DNA from: Octopus bimaculoides
Lineage: Eukaryota
Direction of reading: 5' to 3'
Length of the DNA: 64,000 bases
NCBI RefSeq assembly: GCF_001194135.2
Contig: NC_068989.1
Coordinates: 34,177,837 to 34,241,836 of the forward strand
In this document: positions 25,616-39,039 of the stretch, piece after piece
Layout of the letters: each line of letters starts with the position of its first letter
Position numbering within the stretch: position 1 is the first letter of the stretch
The notes under the pieces: generated by a model
The model's database searches: none
Told to the model about the DNA's origin: nothing
What the model saw: only the letters and a program-made list of their open reading frames with translations
Made by a program: the position numbers and the translations under genes

Positions 25616-26656
25616 ACCGTGAGGGTGTTAATCTGAAAAATTACAGATATGTGAAAAGTACCGACCCTGCCATCTATTATAACTTTTGTTGTTCTGTTTA
25701 ATATATACATAGATTATGCCTCCAAAGAAGAGAGTTTGCTGGGGAAAGAAAGCAACCGGTTTAAAATGACAGCAACAGACTGCAGCAATTCACAACATTC
25801 CAGAAGCTACTTTGAACATAATGGAAAATGGTGCATCAACATCTTCTGCCCAATCTGATAGAATTGTGGCAAAACTGTGTAGCAACAGATNNNNNNNNNN
25901 NNNNNNNNNNNNNNNNNNNNNNNNNNNNNNNNNNNNNNNNNNNNNNNNNNNNNNNNNNNNNNNNNNNNNNNNNNNNNNNNNNNNNNNNNNNNNNNNNNNN
26001 NNNNNNNNNNNNNNNNNNNNNNNNNNNNNNNNNNNNNNNNNNNNNNNNNNNNNNNNNNNNNNNNNNNNNNNNNNNNNNNNNNNNNNNNNNNNNNNNNNNN
26101 NNNNNNNNNNNNNNNNNNNNNNNNNNNNNNNNNNNNNNNNNNNNNNNNNNNNNNNNNNNNNNNNNNNNNNNNNNNNNNNNNNNNNNNNNNNNNNNNNNNN
26201 NNNNNNNNNNNNNNNNNNNNNNNNNNNNNNNNNNNNNNNNNNNNNNNNNNNNNNNNNNNNNNNNNNNNNNNNNNNNNNNNNNNNNNNNNNNNNNNNNNNN
26301 NNNNNNNNNNNNNNNNNNNNNNNNNNNNNNNNNNNNNNNNNNNNNNNNNNNNNNNNNNNNNNNNNNNNNNNNNNNNNNNNNNNNNNNNNNNNNNNNNNNN
26401 NNNNNNNNNNNNNNNNNNNNNNNNNNNNNNNNNNNNNNNNNNNNNNNNNNNNNNNNNNNNNNNNNNNNNNNNNNNNNNNNNNNNNNNNNNNNNNNNNNNN
26501 NNNNNNNNNNNNNNNNNNNNNNNNNNNNNNNNNNNNNNNNNNNNNNNNNNNNNNNNNNNNNNNNNNNNNNNNNNNNNNNNNNNNNNNNNNNNNNNNNNNN
26601 NNNNNNNNNNNNNNNNNNNNNNNNNNNNNNNNNNNNNNNNNNNNNNNNNNNNNNNN

Positions 26657-28402
26657 GTACCTGGCTTTCGTTGACATGGAGAAAGCCTTCGACAGGGTCC
26701 CCCAATCTCTCATCTGGTGGTCAATGAGGAAACTAGGGATAAAAGAATGGTTAGTGAGAGCTGTGCGAGCCATGTACAGAGACACTGTCAGTAAGGTGAG
26801 GGTTGGCAATGAGTACAGTGAAGAATTCCAGGTAGAGGTAGGGGTTCACCAAGGTTCTGTCCTCAGCCCCCTCCTATTTATCTTAGTCCTCCAGGCTATA
26901 ACAGAGGAATTCAAGACAGGATGCCCCTGGGAGCTCCTCTATGCTGATGACCTTGCACTAATTGCTGAGTAACTATCAGAACTAGAGAAGTTTCAGGTGT
27001 CGAAGCAAGGCCTAGAATCGAAGAGCCTTAGAGTCAACCTAGCTAAAACCAATGTCCTAATTAGTAGGAAGGTAGACAAAACACAAACCCCTTTGGGTAG
27101 ATGGCCCTGCTCGATCTGTAGAAAAGGCGTAGGTAGAAACTCTATAAGATGCACCCAGTGCAAGCTATGAACACATAAGAGGTGCAGCAATATCAAAAGA
27201 AGGTTAACTAGGAAGTTAGTTTTCATTTGTTGCAGATGTTCAGGAGCTATAAACACTGTGAATGTGAGGTAAACAACTTCTGCCACATTCCAGGGAGAAA
27301 AACTAGAAGTGGTTGATAGCTTCCGCTATCTTGGTGACCAAATTAGTAGTGGGGGTGGGTGCGCTGAAAGTGTAGCTGCTAGAATAAGAATAACCTGGGC
27401 AATGTTCAGAGCTCTTACCTCTGCTGGCGACAAAGGGTCTCTCTCTCAGAGTAAAAGGCAGACTGTATGACGCATGTGTACGAACAGCCATGTTACATGG
27501 CAGTGTAACATGGGCTGTGAGTGCTGATGACATGCGTAGGCTCGCAAGGAATGAAGCCAGTATGCTCCGATGGATGTGTAATGTCAGTGTGCATACTAGA
27601 CAGAGTGTTAATACCTTGAGAGAAAAGTTGAACTTACGAAGCATCAGTTGTGGTGTGCAAGAAAGACGATTGCGCTGGTATGGTCATGTGGCGAGAATGG
27701 ATGAGGATAGCTGTGTGAAAAAGTGCCACACCCTAGCAGTTGAGGGAACCTGTGGAAGAGGTAGGCCCAGGAAGATTTGGGATGAGGTCGTGAGGCACGA
27801 CCTTCGAACATTGGGCCTCACCGAGGCAATGACTTCTGACCAAGACCTTTGGAAATATGCTGTGCGTGAGAAGACCCGGCAAGCCAAGTGAGACCTAAAT
27901 TGAAGGCCTCAGGCAGCCCTCTTATACGTACCTTCCTTCATTGGACACTAAACTCCGCTTGCGAAGACCTGTTGAGGCAAGTGAAATCAAAATCAAATTA
28001 AATTCGACGACTGGCACCCATGCCAACGTCGTCTCCTTCATTGGAAATGACACTCAGCTTGCGAAGACCTATTGGGGCAAGCGAAAGTGAAACCGTCAAT
28101 GGCACCTGTGCCCNNNNNNNNNNNNNNNNNNNNNNNNNNNNNNNNNNNNNNNNNNNNNNNNNNNNNNNNNNNNTGAACATGGCCGTTGCCAGTATCGCCT
28201 GACTGGCCCTCATGCCGGAGGCACGTAAAAGCACCCACTACACTCTCGGAGTGGTTGGCGTTAGGAAGGGCATCCAGCTGTAGAAACTCTGCCAAATCAG
28301 ATTGGAGCCTTGTGTGGCCATCTGGTTCACCAGTCCTCAGTCAAATCGTTCAATCCATGCTAGCATGGAAAGCGGACGTTAAACGGCGATGATGATGATG
28401 AT
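26657..28402 (+). mobile_element. relatively young RTE LINE: RT to 3' tail, with a few stops
   Basis: YLAFVDMEKAFDRV, GVHQGSVLSPLLF, WELLYADDL; ORF end; 3' UTR like 950-1567; (GAT)n tail. Confidence 0.95.
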
Positions 28403-28404
28403 GA

Positions 28405-30200
28405 TTCTGAGAGAGAGGCCCTTTGTTGCTAACAGGGGTAATTTCTCTCTGAACTTTGTCCAGCTGGTTCTTATTCTAGCAACCTCCTCTACTGGTAATT
28501 TGGTCACCTAAGCAATGGAAACTATCTATTATCTCTAAGGATCACAAGGGACATTTGAGGAAGTCTATTTGCTGTATATTCTTAGTGTTTATTGTACCTG
28601 CACATCAGTTATGAACAAAGACTACTTTCTCTGTTAATCTACCTGTGATTCTACTCACCTCTTATGTGGCCATAGCTTGCACTAGGTATACAGTATAGAA
28701 TGTCTACTTATACCTTTTCTACATATTGAGCAAGGCTATTTCCTTAAAGGGGTAAGTAATTTTCCAGTTTCCTGCTTACTAGAACTTTTGTTTTTGTTAA
28801 ATTAACACTTAAGGCCCTTTGATTTCAGTCCTTGCTTCTGCATCAGAAATTTCTTCACTAATTCTTTTGAAAAGATTCAGCTATAAGTACGTAGTCATCA
28901 GCATATAGGTGCTTCCAAGGGTAATCTGTCTTAAATTCTTCTGTTATAACTTGGAGGACTATGATAAGCATGTTGGAGTTGAGAACTGATGAATTACTTG
29001 CACACTAAATTCATCACTATACTCATTACTGACTTTGACCTCACTGACATCTCTGTACATGGCTTAGCCAGATCTCACCAGCCACTCATATACCCCTAAC
29101 CTCCACAGCAACCACCAGATCTGGGAGCAAGGGAACTTGCAAAAGGCTTTCTCCATATTGATAAATGCCAAGTACAGCAATTTATTTTTCACTAAATGCT
29201 TCTTGAGCAGTTGTCTTACCAGGAAGATAGCATCAGTAGTGCTTTTCCCTGGCACCAAACCAAACTGCATCTTATCTTTATTAACTCTTTCAAATTACTT
29301 GAGCTATGTCCCTTTCTGTAACTTTCATGACCTGGTCCAGCAATTTGATACCTCTATAATTACTTCTGTCTAAAGCCTCACCTTTACCTTTGTAGCAGTT
29401 GACTATAATACTGCTACACCAGTCGTTGGGTATGAACCCTTCCTGGACAACCTGATTAACTATATCGGTGACCAGGCCATATCCCACTCTGCCAGGTATT
29501 TTAAGTATCTTTGTAGTAATTCCTGATCTGCCAGGGGCTTTCCCTGCTTTTATGTCTTTAACTGCTTTGTCATGCTGCTGTCAACTCAGACAGCAGGTCC
29601 ATGTTAGGAAGATTGTCCTCCCATGCATTCTCCTCATTTAGCAGTTTTTCATAGTGACACTTCCGTGGCCTTTTCTTTGTAGATCCACTATGTGCAAGTG
29701 TGCCACCATCCATGCAAACACACCTCTCTCCTACAACACAATTTTCTCTGATACATTGTCCAGCAATTTGGTACACCATATGTCTGTAGTCCTCGTGCTG
29801 CAGAACATTGGCAATTTTCTTCCTTCCTGCTTCTCCCCTAGCTAAATATACCTGTTACCTAGCTTCCCTTCTAGCTACTGGTATAGTTTTCTGCTACTCC
29901 AAATCTTCCAGTCCTTTCAGGCCTGTTTCTTCCCACTTATGGTTCTGTCTACTTCATTGTTCCACCAACCTAGGTCTGGTTGAGATTTTGCACCAGCCAC
30001 GAATTTGGTCTGTGTCCCTCGGTAAGTTGTTTTGTAGAAACTTCCAGTTGTCCTCCATGTTATTTGCTACTATCTCCTCCTTATCAATTGCTTCAATTCA
30101 GACGTCTCTAAATCCCTGATTATTCAAAGGATCCTTAAGCTTCCAAATACTCCTTTTCCAGGCTGGTTTGCTTCTTAGAATCCTTCTAGCCTTAAGTCTG
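28405..30200 (-). mobile_element. decayed RTE LINE (linker and RT)
   Basis: QFGLVPGKSTTDAIFLVRQL, NYRGIKLLDQVMK, YEKLLNEENAWE. Confidence 0.85.
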
Positions 30201-30539
30201 AAGTTACTAATGACTAATTTAAGTTAAGATATACATTCTTTACCTGGGAAAGTCTTTGCATTTATGAGCAGCCAGCTATCCTGCTTGCTGATGAGAGTGT
30301 AGTCAATCTAGCTTGTGTAGCCACCAGATTGATAGGTGATTAGGTAACTGGTTAGTTTCCTAAAATTAGAGTTGCAAGAAGCCCTCAAACACAACTGAAG
30401 TCAGTAGCACTAAAAGCAACTCTAGAGGGATTACACTTAATATTAAAACAGACTTGATACAAGAGAAAGTATCGATCATATTGCCAAACATTAAATTTAC
30501 AACATCTTCAGTGGGGATAATATCTGACAATTGAGAGAG

Positions 30540-30950
30540 AATCATATTAAGTGCTAAAGAAATTATTCTATTAACTGTTTGGACCTTATGCCAATAAGTA
30601 CAATGGTAATTAAAAAAAAAGATAAAAGTTTGTATAATAATTTACAGAAAAAGGAAGGTAATGAAAAACCTTTATGATTAGTAAAGACTGGTAATTTGAA
30701 AGGTTTAAGAAACATTTGAATTTTTACAACATAAAATTGACTAGTGAAGCCAAACGTCATGATACAGAGGCTGCTTCTAATAATGTAGAGTTGCTGAAAA
30801 ACAAAAATTATTGCCAAAGGATGCTACACAACAGCGTATAATGTTGATCAAACTGCACTTTTCTGGAAGTTCCTATCTGCTAGAACTTTTCTCCAGAAGA
30901 AAAATCAACATCAGAATTTAAAGCTTCCAAAAATTGTCTGAAAGTAAATC
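30540..30950 (+). mobile_element. pogo/Tigger transposase fragment (CENP-B HTH to DDE start)
   Basis: FERFKKH..FYNIKLTSEA, YNVDQTALFWK...ARTF. Confidence 0.75.
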
Positions 30951-31163
30951 CCAACATATCTGTTGTAATCCAACATTGGGCTGTTATAACATCAACTCTG
31001 GTATAGCAATATAGTTAGTTAGACAAGTAAAGACATGACTATCTATGACTAACTTCACCAGCTTCTTGACCACTTGACTTCCAATGTCACAGTATTTGTA
31101 ACAACTACACATACCACTTGTCACATGGGAGGGGTAATCCATTATTATTATTATCCTTCTAAC

Positions 31164-34100
31164 ATCTCACCTTTTAAGTTTTTTCGTAGGGAGTGTAATT
31201 TTATTTCTTTTTATTAACAATAATTTTTATATCACCTCACCTCCCTTTTTTGAGTTTTTTTTTTTTTCATACAGTTACAAATTTAATATTTTTTCATTTG
31301 GCATCCACTTCCAAGGAACTCTGTACATTTTCTTTTTCCTTTGCTTGTGTGTCTGGGTTTAATTATTTGTTGTGGTGTTGGTACTTGAAAAGTATCATAT
31401 AACCATTCCATTGGTTCTTCCATTCTTTTGAGTTTGCTCTCAACGAATTTCTTTTTTAGTTGATTTATGTCTCTTGTATACCCATTATATTCCTTTTACC
31501 AAGTACAACATTTTTTCTATGTGTTTGATAATCATGCCATCTTCTCAACTTTGTTTTCCATTCATATAATCCCTAACAAATACATTTTCACCAATTTTAA
31601 AATAGCCTGTGGTATTATCCATTGCAATTTTTATTTTCTTACCAGGTAGCAATTTGTCAAAAATTGATTTTATTTTCCTCGCAAACATCAGCTTTATAGG
31701 TGGCATACCTGCTGGTGTGTTTGGATTTGGTGTCACTTGGTATTCATTTAGGAATTGTTGTAGAGCTACCTCATCCGTGACTTCCTTATTCAACTTTCTT
31801 GGGGCTTTCTTGAACATATTGACAAAGCACCCTGCTTGTCTGTTAGATCTGGGATGGTATGGTGCAGTAGTTACATGTTCTACAGTGAATATTTCACAAA
31901 ACTTTTTAAACTTATGAGATACAAATTGCTTTCCATTATCAGACACTATAGTGTCTGGGTTCCAAATGTTGCAAACAACTCATGTAGAAAGTTTGTCACA
32001 ATTGAGGAGATTGGCTTTTTACCCTTACAAATTTCTGACCATTTAGAGAAACTATCTGCTACCACTAAGTAGTATGAACTGTTTAAGGGACCAGTGAAAT
32101 CAATGTGTAATCTTGATCACAGAACATCTACTTTTGGCCAAGATTCACTTTCTATCATTGGTAATTTTGCTGCTATAGCACATCTGCACCCTTTCACTAA
32201 ATTTTCAATTTTTATATCCATTTTTAGCCAGTACACGTAGCTATGCATTAAAGCTTTCATCCTCAAAATACCAGGATGTCCAACATGGAATTCCTTCAAC
32301 CTTTTCTTTTGCAGTGTTTCAGGCATTACTATTCTCTGTGCCTACATCAGCACACTATCACAAATTGAGTATAAGTTCATGTCTTGATTTCGTTTCATAC
32401 CAATCATGTTCCAATTTATTTTTTCTGTCCACAATATTCTTTGCATTTCTGTTATGAATTTGTCCCTTTCCGCATTTCATTTTATGTCTTCTAGGGTCAC
32501 CGGTAATTCATGTACCACATTCCACACTACATTTTTTATTTCTCCTTCTGATTTTAATGCTGCAATTATTGTATCTTTGAATGGCTCGCAGTGTTTCGGT
32601 GTCAGTCTGGACAAAACCATCCACATGCCCTAGTTTCTTTGATGGTAAATATTCCATTTTGAAATCATAATTCAATAATTTAGTGCCCCACCACTGTAGT
32701 CTATTGGCTGTGTGTTGGTATTCCTTTTTTAGAACTATATATCGACAATAGTGGATGATGATCGTTTGTAGACATAAACTTCTTCCATGAATAAGTCTAT
32801 GGAATTTTTTTACACCAAATATAATTGCTAATGCCTCCTTTTCTATTTGGCTGTAGTTCCTTTCTGCTGGTAATAATGATCGCCTTTTTATTCCCATCAT
32901 CATATTTATGCAGAAGCTCTACTCCTACACTTTAATCACTTGCATCTGTAGCCAATATAATATCCAGCTTTGGATCAAAATGCATTAATGATAAGTTCGA
33001 TGTTAAAATGTTTTTAATTCATCAAATACCTTCTGGCACTTATCAGTCCAGCACCATTTTGCATTTTTCTTTAACAAATCATTTAGTGGGGCCCTTACAT
33101 TGTGTATATTGGGAATATGAATTTGATAGTAATTAACTAATCTCAAAAATGCTTGTTACATAATCACATTATTTGGCGTGAGCATATTTTTTATTGCAGT
33201 TGTTCTGGATGGATCCAGTTTCCATCTGTTTTTAGCTATTATCTGGCTCAAGTATTTAATTTTTTTCAGGAAGAACTTGCATTTTCCTTCACTTAGTTTA
33301 AAGCCATATTCTCTTATCTTTTTGAATATTCTTTTTACTTGGTCTACATGTTGTTTGTGTGATTTGCTTTTTATTGGGATATCATCTAAATAAGCGATAG
33401 TAAAATCACAGTCTGCCAGCATTGTATCCATTACTTGTTGAAATATGGAAGGAACCACTTTTACACCAAAGGGAAGCTTCTTAAATTTAAATAAGCCGTG
33501 GTGTGTATTAATGGTTAATAAGTGTGAGCATTCTTCTTCTACTTGGATTTGTAAGTATGCCTCCAAGAGGTTTAATTTTGAGAAAAATTTCCCTCCATTC
33601 AACTTTGCAAACACTTCCTCAGGATTTGGCAGTGGGTAGTTATGTGAGCGTAAGCAATTGTTTAGACCCATTGAAAAATCTGCACAAATTCATAACTTAT
33701 TTTTCCTTTTTACATAGACCATAGGTGTTGCCCAATCTGAGTGGTCCATCTTCTCAATTATTCCTAGGCGTTCAAGTCTTTCAAGTTCCTTATTTACCTG
33801 TTCTAACGTCATGAACGGTACATTACATTTTGGTTTAAACATAAGTGTTGCACTTTGTTTTACTACAATTTTTGCCTTTGTTTTCATGCAGCAACCCAGT
33901 TTATCTGAGAAAACATCTGGGCATAAATGTTTTATTTTTCATTTCAATCCCTCAGCTGCACTCCAACCTTCAACTGAACTGACTATATTCCCAAAACACT
34001 TATGGGTATATTCCACAATTTGAACAGTTCCATCCACTTTTACTGAAGTTTTTAACACATATACTTTTGCCATTTTCATTTGGTCACAAAATGTTACATT

Positions 34101-35045
34101 ACACACAGATTCACCTATAAAATACACTGTGTGCTACATTTGTAGATTTACTTAATTTCAGCTTACCCATATACTTCCAAGTTTCTTCATTCACAATGGT
34201 AATATCACTTCCAGTATTTTTAATCTAATATTTTCAATTTTTACATTTACAAATTTCCTCTTTGTCACATTACCATTTTCTTTCAACAACATCTTGTTTA
34301 CTCTTTTTTCTTTGTTCCAACGTTTTGTCATCTTGGTTTTGCAGTGTGCTTTTATGTGTCCAATTTTTCCACAATGGAAACATTCCACTTTCTTAATGGG
34401 CAGTTTTTTTCTCAGGTGTAGACTTCACATGCAAAGTGTGGGTTTGTTTCCTGACTTTTGTCCTGTTTGTACTGTATTTTAGTACACACTTGATTTCTAT
34501 TCTGCCTGTTTTGTATTTTCCAATACACTTGTTTCACTTGGGAGTAATCTTTATGTTCAATTGTTTGTATTGTGCCTTAGAATTACTATTCTTTCACACT
34601 TTTCTGACACTTGTTGTAAGGTTACAGCTTGGTTTTGTTCCAGCTTAGCAAGGATTCTCGTTTTTATTTCTGCGCCTTTTTCTGTACTTAGTCCCGGAGT
34701 AAATATCAGGCACTTGAACATGTCTGTCGTTAACTCGTCCAGTTTGAACTTTTCACATTCTCTGTTAACTCTACCAGCTATGTGATGTAGTCCTCCTGAT
34801 TGTTCTTTTCTAGGTTCAAACATTTCCAGTGTATATTGAACAATGAGCTTTCCTTGCTAAAAATTTTACACAATATGTCTATTGTATTTCTAAAGTTTAT
34901 GGCAGAAGGTTTTTTCAGGAGTATGTAATTGCTGTAATGCTCATGTTCTCCTGTTGCCAGTTTTCTTAGGATTAGACACATTTTCATATCCTCCTCTTCA
35001 GCCACTGCTGAAGTTGCAATTAGTTCCTCCTTCCCTAACATCTTT
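31164..35045 (-). mobile_element. decayed Ty3/Gypsy LTR retrotransposon internal region (Mag-like)
   Basis: gag, CFHCGKIGHIKAHC knuckle, RT (LPFG, YLDD), RNase H (NYSQIEKEALAI), integrase (HVGHPG, SDNGKQF, YHPRSN) in RT-RH-INT order; purine tract AAAAGGTGAGA then TG at 31164. Confidence 0.92.
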
Positions 35046-35600
35046 GATCCCTACCCTCACCTTCCTATTGCTCTCCTCTCCTTTTGCTCATCTTTTTATC
35101 ACCTACAGTCCTAAATCTTTCATCTCCCTACCTCCTGTGCTGACCACATATCATCTTCATAACTTTGATCCCTTTACCTTTCACTTGGCCTATCTGTAGG
35201 AGACAGTGTCAGATCACCCTCATCTAGCTTAACCAATACACTCTTAGACTTATTGTACTGCCAGCCATCACTGGACTACCTCTATTGCCACTCACCAATC
35301 ATCATTGCCTTTGTCCATGTCTGCTGTTGCCAGTACCTGCTCTCCTAATAACCCTCTCTGATTCTGATGAACATACAAATGTAAACAACACCAAGAAGAC
35401 ACTTTTAGTCATGTAAAGGACATGACAACTTCTCTATTGTTAGTGCAACTAAAGAATCTATCCAGTACAATCTGTGCAGTAGTTGGCAAGAGTGAGGGTG
35501 TCCAGTTGAAAAGTAAGACAAGTCCTTAATAACAACTGACTTGTCTCATAACAGTCCACCTAACCCATGCCAACATAGAAAAGCAGACATAAAACTGATG
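35040..35600 (+). mobile_element. RTE 3' UTR and tail fragment
   Basis: pyrimidine-rich UTR followed by the shared tail ending AACTGATGATGA. Confidence 0.6.
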
Positions 35601-36099
35601 ATGAGTCATTAATTGATTTATTTATATATTTTTTCAAATTCGTTTTCCTTATGCATTGGTGTAAAGATGACAACTGCAAAATTATTATTGTTATTTTCAT
35701 TCTTTATCTTGAGGAAGATCAAAGAGTAATTAAATTTGTGAAGTCTTGGAAAGTCTATTAGGTTAGGTGCTGTCCGTGCATTCTGAATTTTGTCATGGGA
35801 TGGTGGTCTTAGGAATATTTAATTGAAACCATTCAACCATAAGTGTATATTTTCGATTTTATCTTTCATACTTTAGCTTTTTAACACCTGGCACAAATCC
35901 ATCTCTCTCTTGCAAGACAAGACCTACCAAGTCAATGGGTCTTATGAGTTACTTTTACCAAAAGCAACATATATGAGTGAGACAAGTCCTCAGTACCAAC
36001 TGTCTCATAACAATCCACCTAACCCATGCCAACATAGAAAAGCAGGCACGAAACTGATGATGAGAGTCATTCATTTATTTATTATGAGTTACTTGAGAG

Positions 36100-36295
36100 T
36101 AACTCAGTAACATCAATAGTGCCAATGCCATGCAAAAAGCACTCAGTACATTCTGTAAAGTAGTTGGTGTTTAGAAGCGCATTCAGTTGTGTAAACCAAG
36201 CCAAAACAGACATTGGAGCTCAATACAGTCTTCTGACTTGTCAGATCTTGTCCATCTATCCAGCCAGCATGGAAGACAACTGTTAAGTGATGACA
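36100..36295 (+). mobile_element. RTE/SINE tail fragment
   Basis: AAAAGCACTCAGTACATTCTGTAAAG...CCAGCATGGAAGAC. Confidence 0.6.
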
Positions 36296-36399
36296 ATACA
36301 TCTTACATGTATTAGAGTTAAGTTTAGGTGTTGGGCAACTGCTTTAAAAGCATTAATATCAACCTATAATTCTCCTGTTTTCACAAGCACATATCTCTC

Positions 36400-37400
36400 A
36401 ATGCCATAATATAAACCATAGTGACTTTAATACCATCTTCCTACATATGAACAATTGCTGACTGCATGTCACTATTCAATAATAATAAAATCATACTAAA
36501 TCTAGGCTTGTAAACTTCCATGATAGAACATGTCTTCACTTAAATATACCAGGGTTAGCAACCAATGTCTCTTATCAATATACAGAAGTACCATAACAAT
36601 TGACTGCGTTAGATTAACACAAGCAAAAGGAATTTTAAAAATCTCCAGTTCTGGGTAAATAGGCTTGAATAAAGTGTATAGTGCAAAGAACTTAGTGAAA
36701 TGATGAGAACAGTAGAGGTACATGTACAAGGAAGGCTTATATGAAGGTTAAAAAGAGTTTACTACTTCACATGAACAGAAACTTTTAATAAAGCTGAAAT
36801 GAACAAAGAGAAGAAATTGTATATCTATGATTAACGATGATAATAAGTATGGTTTTATTCTTATGATTAATGAAATTACTTTTGCGAATGGATCTTGCTT
36901 TAGGATGTATTTGAGGATTACAAGACTAGAATCCAGATGATTTCCAACATATTGCCCAATGACTATTTTTCTCCTGTCTGCATTCAGGTGCATGGATTAC
37001 AAAAGTAAACTCCACTTCACAATGAATGTTTCCTCACATATTTGACACTGATATGGGGTTTTGATTCCCTAAAAATCTCATATTGATATTGTTATTAAAC
37101 TATATGTTCACACTTAGGTTTCAGCCGGAATTGACTCACACCATGACTAACATGATAGAACCACGAGGGAAAAACATTTAATATGTTTCATATTATAGTA
37201 ATTTTTTTGAGTACCATATCCCATTCGAGTAAAGAGTTATTGTTTTCAGAAATATATCCAGGTGGTTTATCCAGAATTTATTGGTGGAATTTGTTCAGGA
37301 AGTGTTTGAATATTGTGAAGATTTTTTCTTCCCTTATGTGTCTTGGCATGATGTTAAAGAGAGCTGGACCAGTTGAGGTGAAATAGTTCTGTTTTTGTGT
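36400..37400 (-). mobile_element. possible Penelope-like RT relic
   Basis: decayed segments resembling PLE RT motifs (SQLLWYFCI for SQLxRYxR; a YIDD-like region near 36830). Confidence 0.35.
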
Positions 37401-37527
37401 TATGATGCAAGTCCGACTTTTACAGAGGAATAATCATCTGAGAGGTTATGGAGAGAAAGTCAGAAATGTCATTGACAGTGCGGAAGCACAAGGAGATGGC
37501 TACCATTTGTGAAGATGGAATAATCCC

Positions 37528-37616
37528 TATGTATGTATGTATGCATGTATGTGTGTATGTATATATGTATGTATGTATGCAGGCATGCATGTATGTATGT
37601 ATGTGTATGTGCATGC

Positions 37617-37672
<56 letters not shown>
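37528..37672. repeat. compound (GTAT)n/(GT)n microsatellite
   Basis: direct reading. Confidence 0.95.
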
Positions 37673-37674
<2 letters not shown>

Positions 37675-37871
37675 TTCTAATAATGTATCACAAATAGCAA
37701 GGAAAAAACAAATGATGTACATAGTAATAGCAATCCAAATAATACATGCATTAAATCTAAAGGCCAAAATGTCAAGATAGGCTAAGAAATTTAACTGATT
37801 GTTAGTTGGGGATTGAAAATAATTTCTCTACCCTGTAAAATGGGGTGTAACCACAACACAGCACAGCTTGT

Positions 37872-39030
37872 GATCATCATCATCATCATCATTCAACGTT
37901 CGTTGTCTATGCTGGCATGGGTTGGATGGTTTGACTGGGCTGGAGCACTGGAAGGCTGTGCCAGGCTCCAGTCTGATTTGGCATGGTTTTCTACAGCTGG
38001 ATACCCTTCTTACACCAACCACCTTGAGAGTGTAATGGGTGCTTTTACATGCCACCAGCATGGGTACCATTTGCATGACACTGGTATCTGCCATGGCTGC
38101 AATTTTGTTCAGCTTGATGGGTCTTCTTCTCAAGCACAACATAATGCCAATGGTCTTAGTCATTGGCTCTGTGAGGCCCAACACTCGAAAGGAGCTCGGC
38201 CACTTTGCCACCATGAGGCCTAATGCTTGAAAGGAACTCAGCCACTTTGCCTCCATCAGGCCCAACATTCAAAGGTTGACTTTTTACATGCCACCAGCAT
38301 GGGTGCACTTGGCTTGATGGGTCCTCTTAAGCAGAGCACATCCCCAAAGGTCTCGGTCACCAGTCATTGCCTCTGTGAAGTTCAAAGTTTGAAGATCATA
38401 CTTCACCACTTCGTCCCAGGTCTTCTTGGGTCTACCTCTACCACAGGTTCCCTCCAAAGTTAGAGATTGACACTTCTTTACACAAGTGTCCTCATCCATA
38501 TGTATCACATGACCATACCAGCAGTCGTCTTGCTTGCACACCACATCTGATTCATCTTATGCCTAACTTTTCTCTTAAGATGCTTACACCTTGTTGAACA
38601 TACACACTGACATTTCACATTCAGTGAAGCATACTGGCTTCATTTCTTTCAAGCTTACATATGTCCTCAGCTATTATAGCCCATGTTTCACTGCCATGCA
38701 GCATAGCTGTTCACACACAGGCATCAAACAATCTGCCTTTCACTCTGACAGAGAGGCCCTTTGTTGCCAGCAGGGGTAGGAACTCTCTGAACTTTGCCCA
38801 ACCTAATCTTATTCTCACAGCTATGCTCTTGGAACATCCACCTCCACTACTAACCTGGTCACCTAGATAACGGAAGCTATCTACTACCTCTAGCTTGCCG
38901 CCCTGGCAGTTGATGGAGTCTATTTTCCCCACATGTCCAGCATTTATTATGCCTGTGCACCATCCACAAACAAAAGTTAGTTTCTTAACCTTCCTCTGAT
39001 GTTGCTGCACCTTTTATGTGTCCAAAGCTT
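37872..39030 (-). mobile_element. RTE LINE 3' part with about 2.5 units of the 42-bp repeat
   Basis: same subfamily as 6225-8262; WYGHVIHMDED, DSFRYLGDQ; (CAT)n tail at 37872. Confidence 0.9.
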
Positions 39031-39039
39031 ACACTGGGT

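Noticed and set aside
24535-26972. Long ORFs of 160-390 aa around 24.5-27 kb and 45.0-45.6 kb
   Set aside because: Length comes from N runs translated as X
35364-35390. CTGATGA ACAT acaa ATGT AAAC
   Set aside because: G12 is missing and there is no stem III or cleavage triplet
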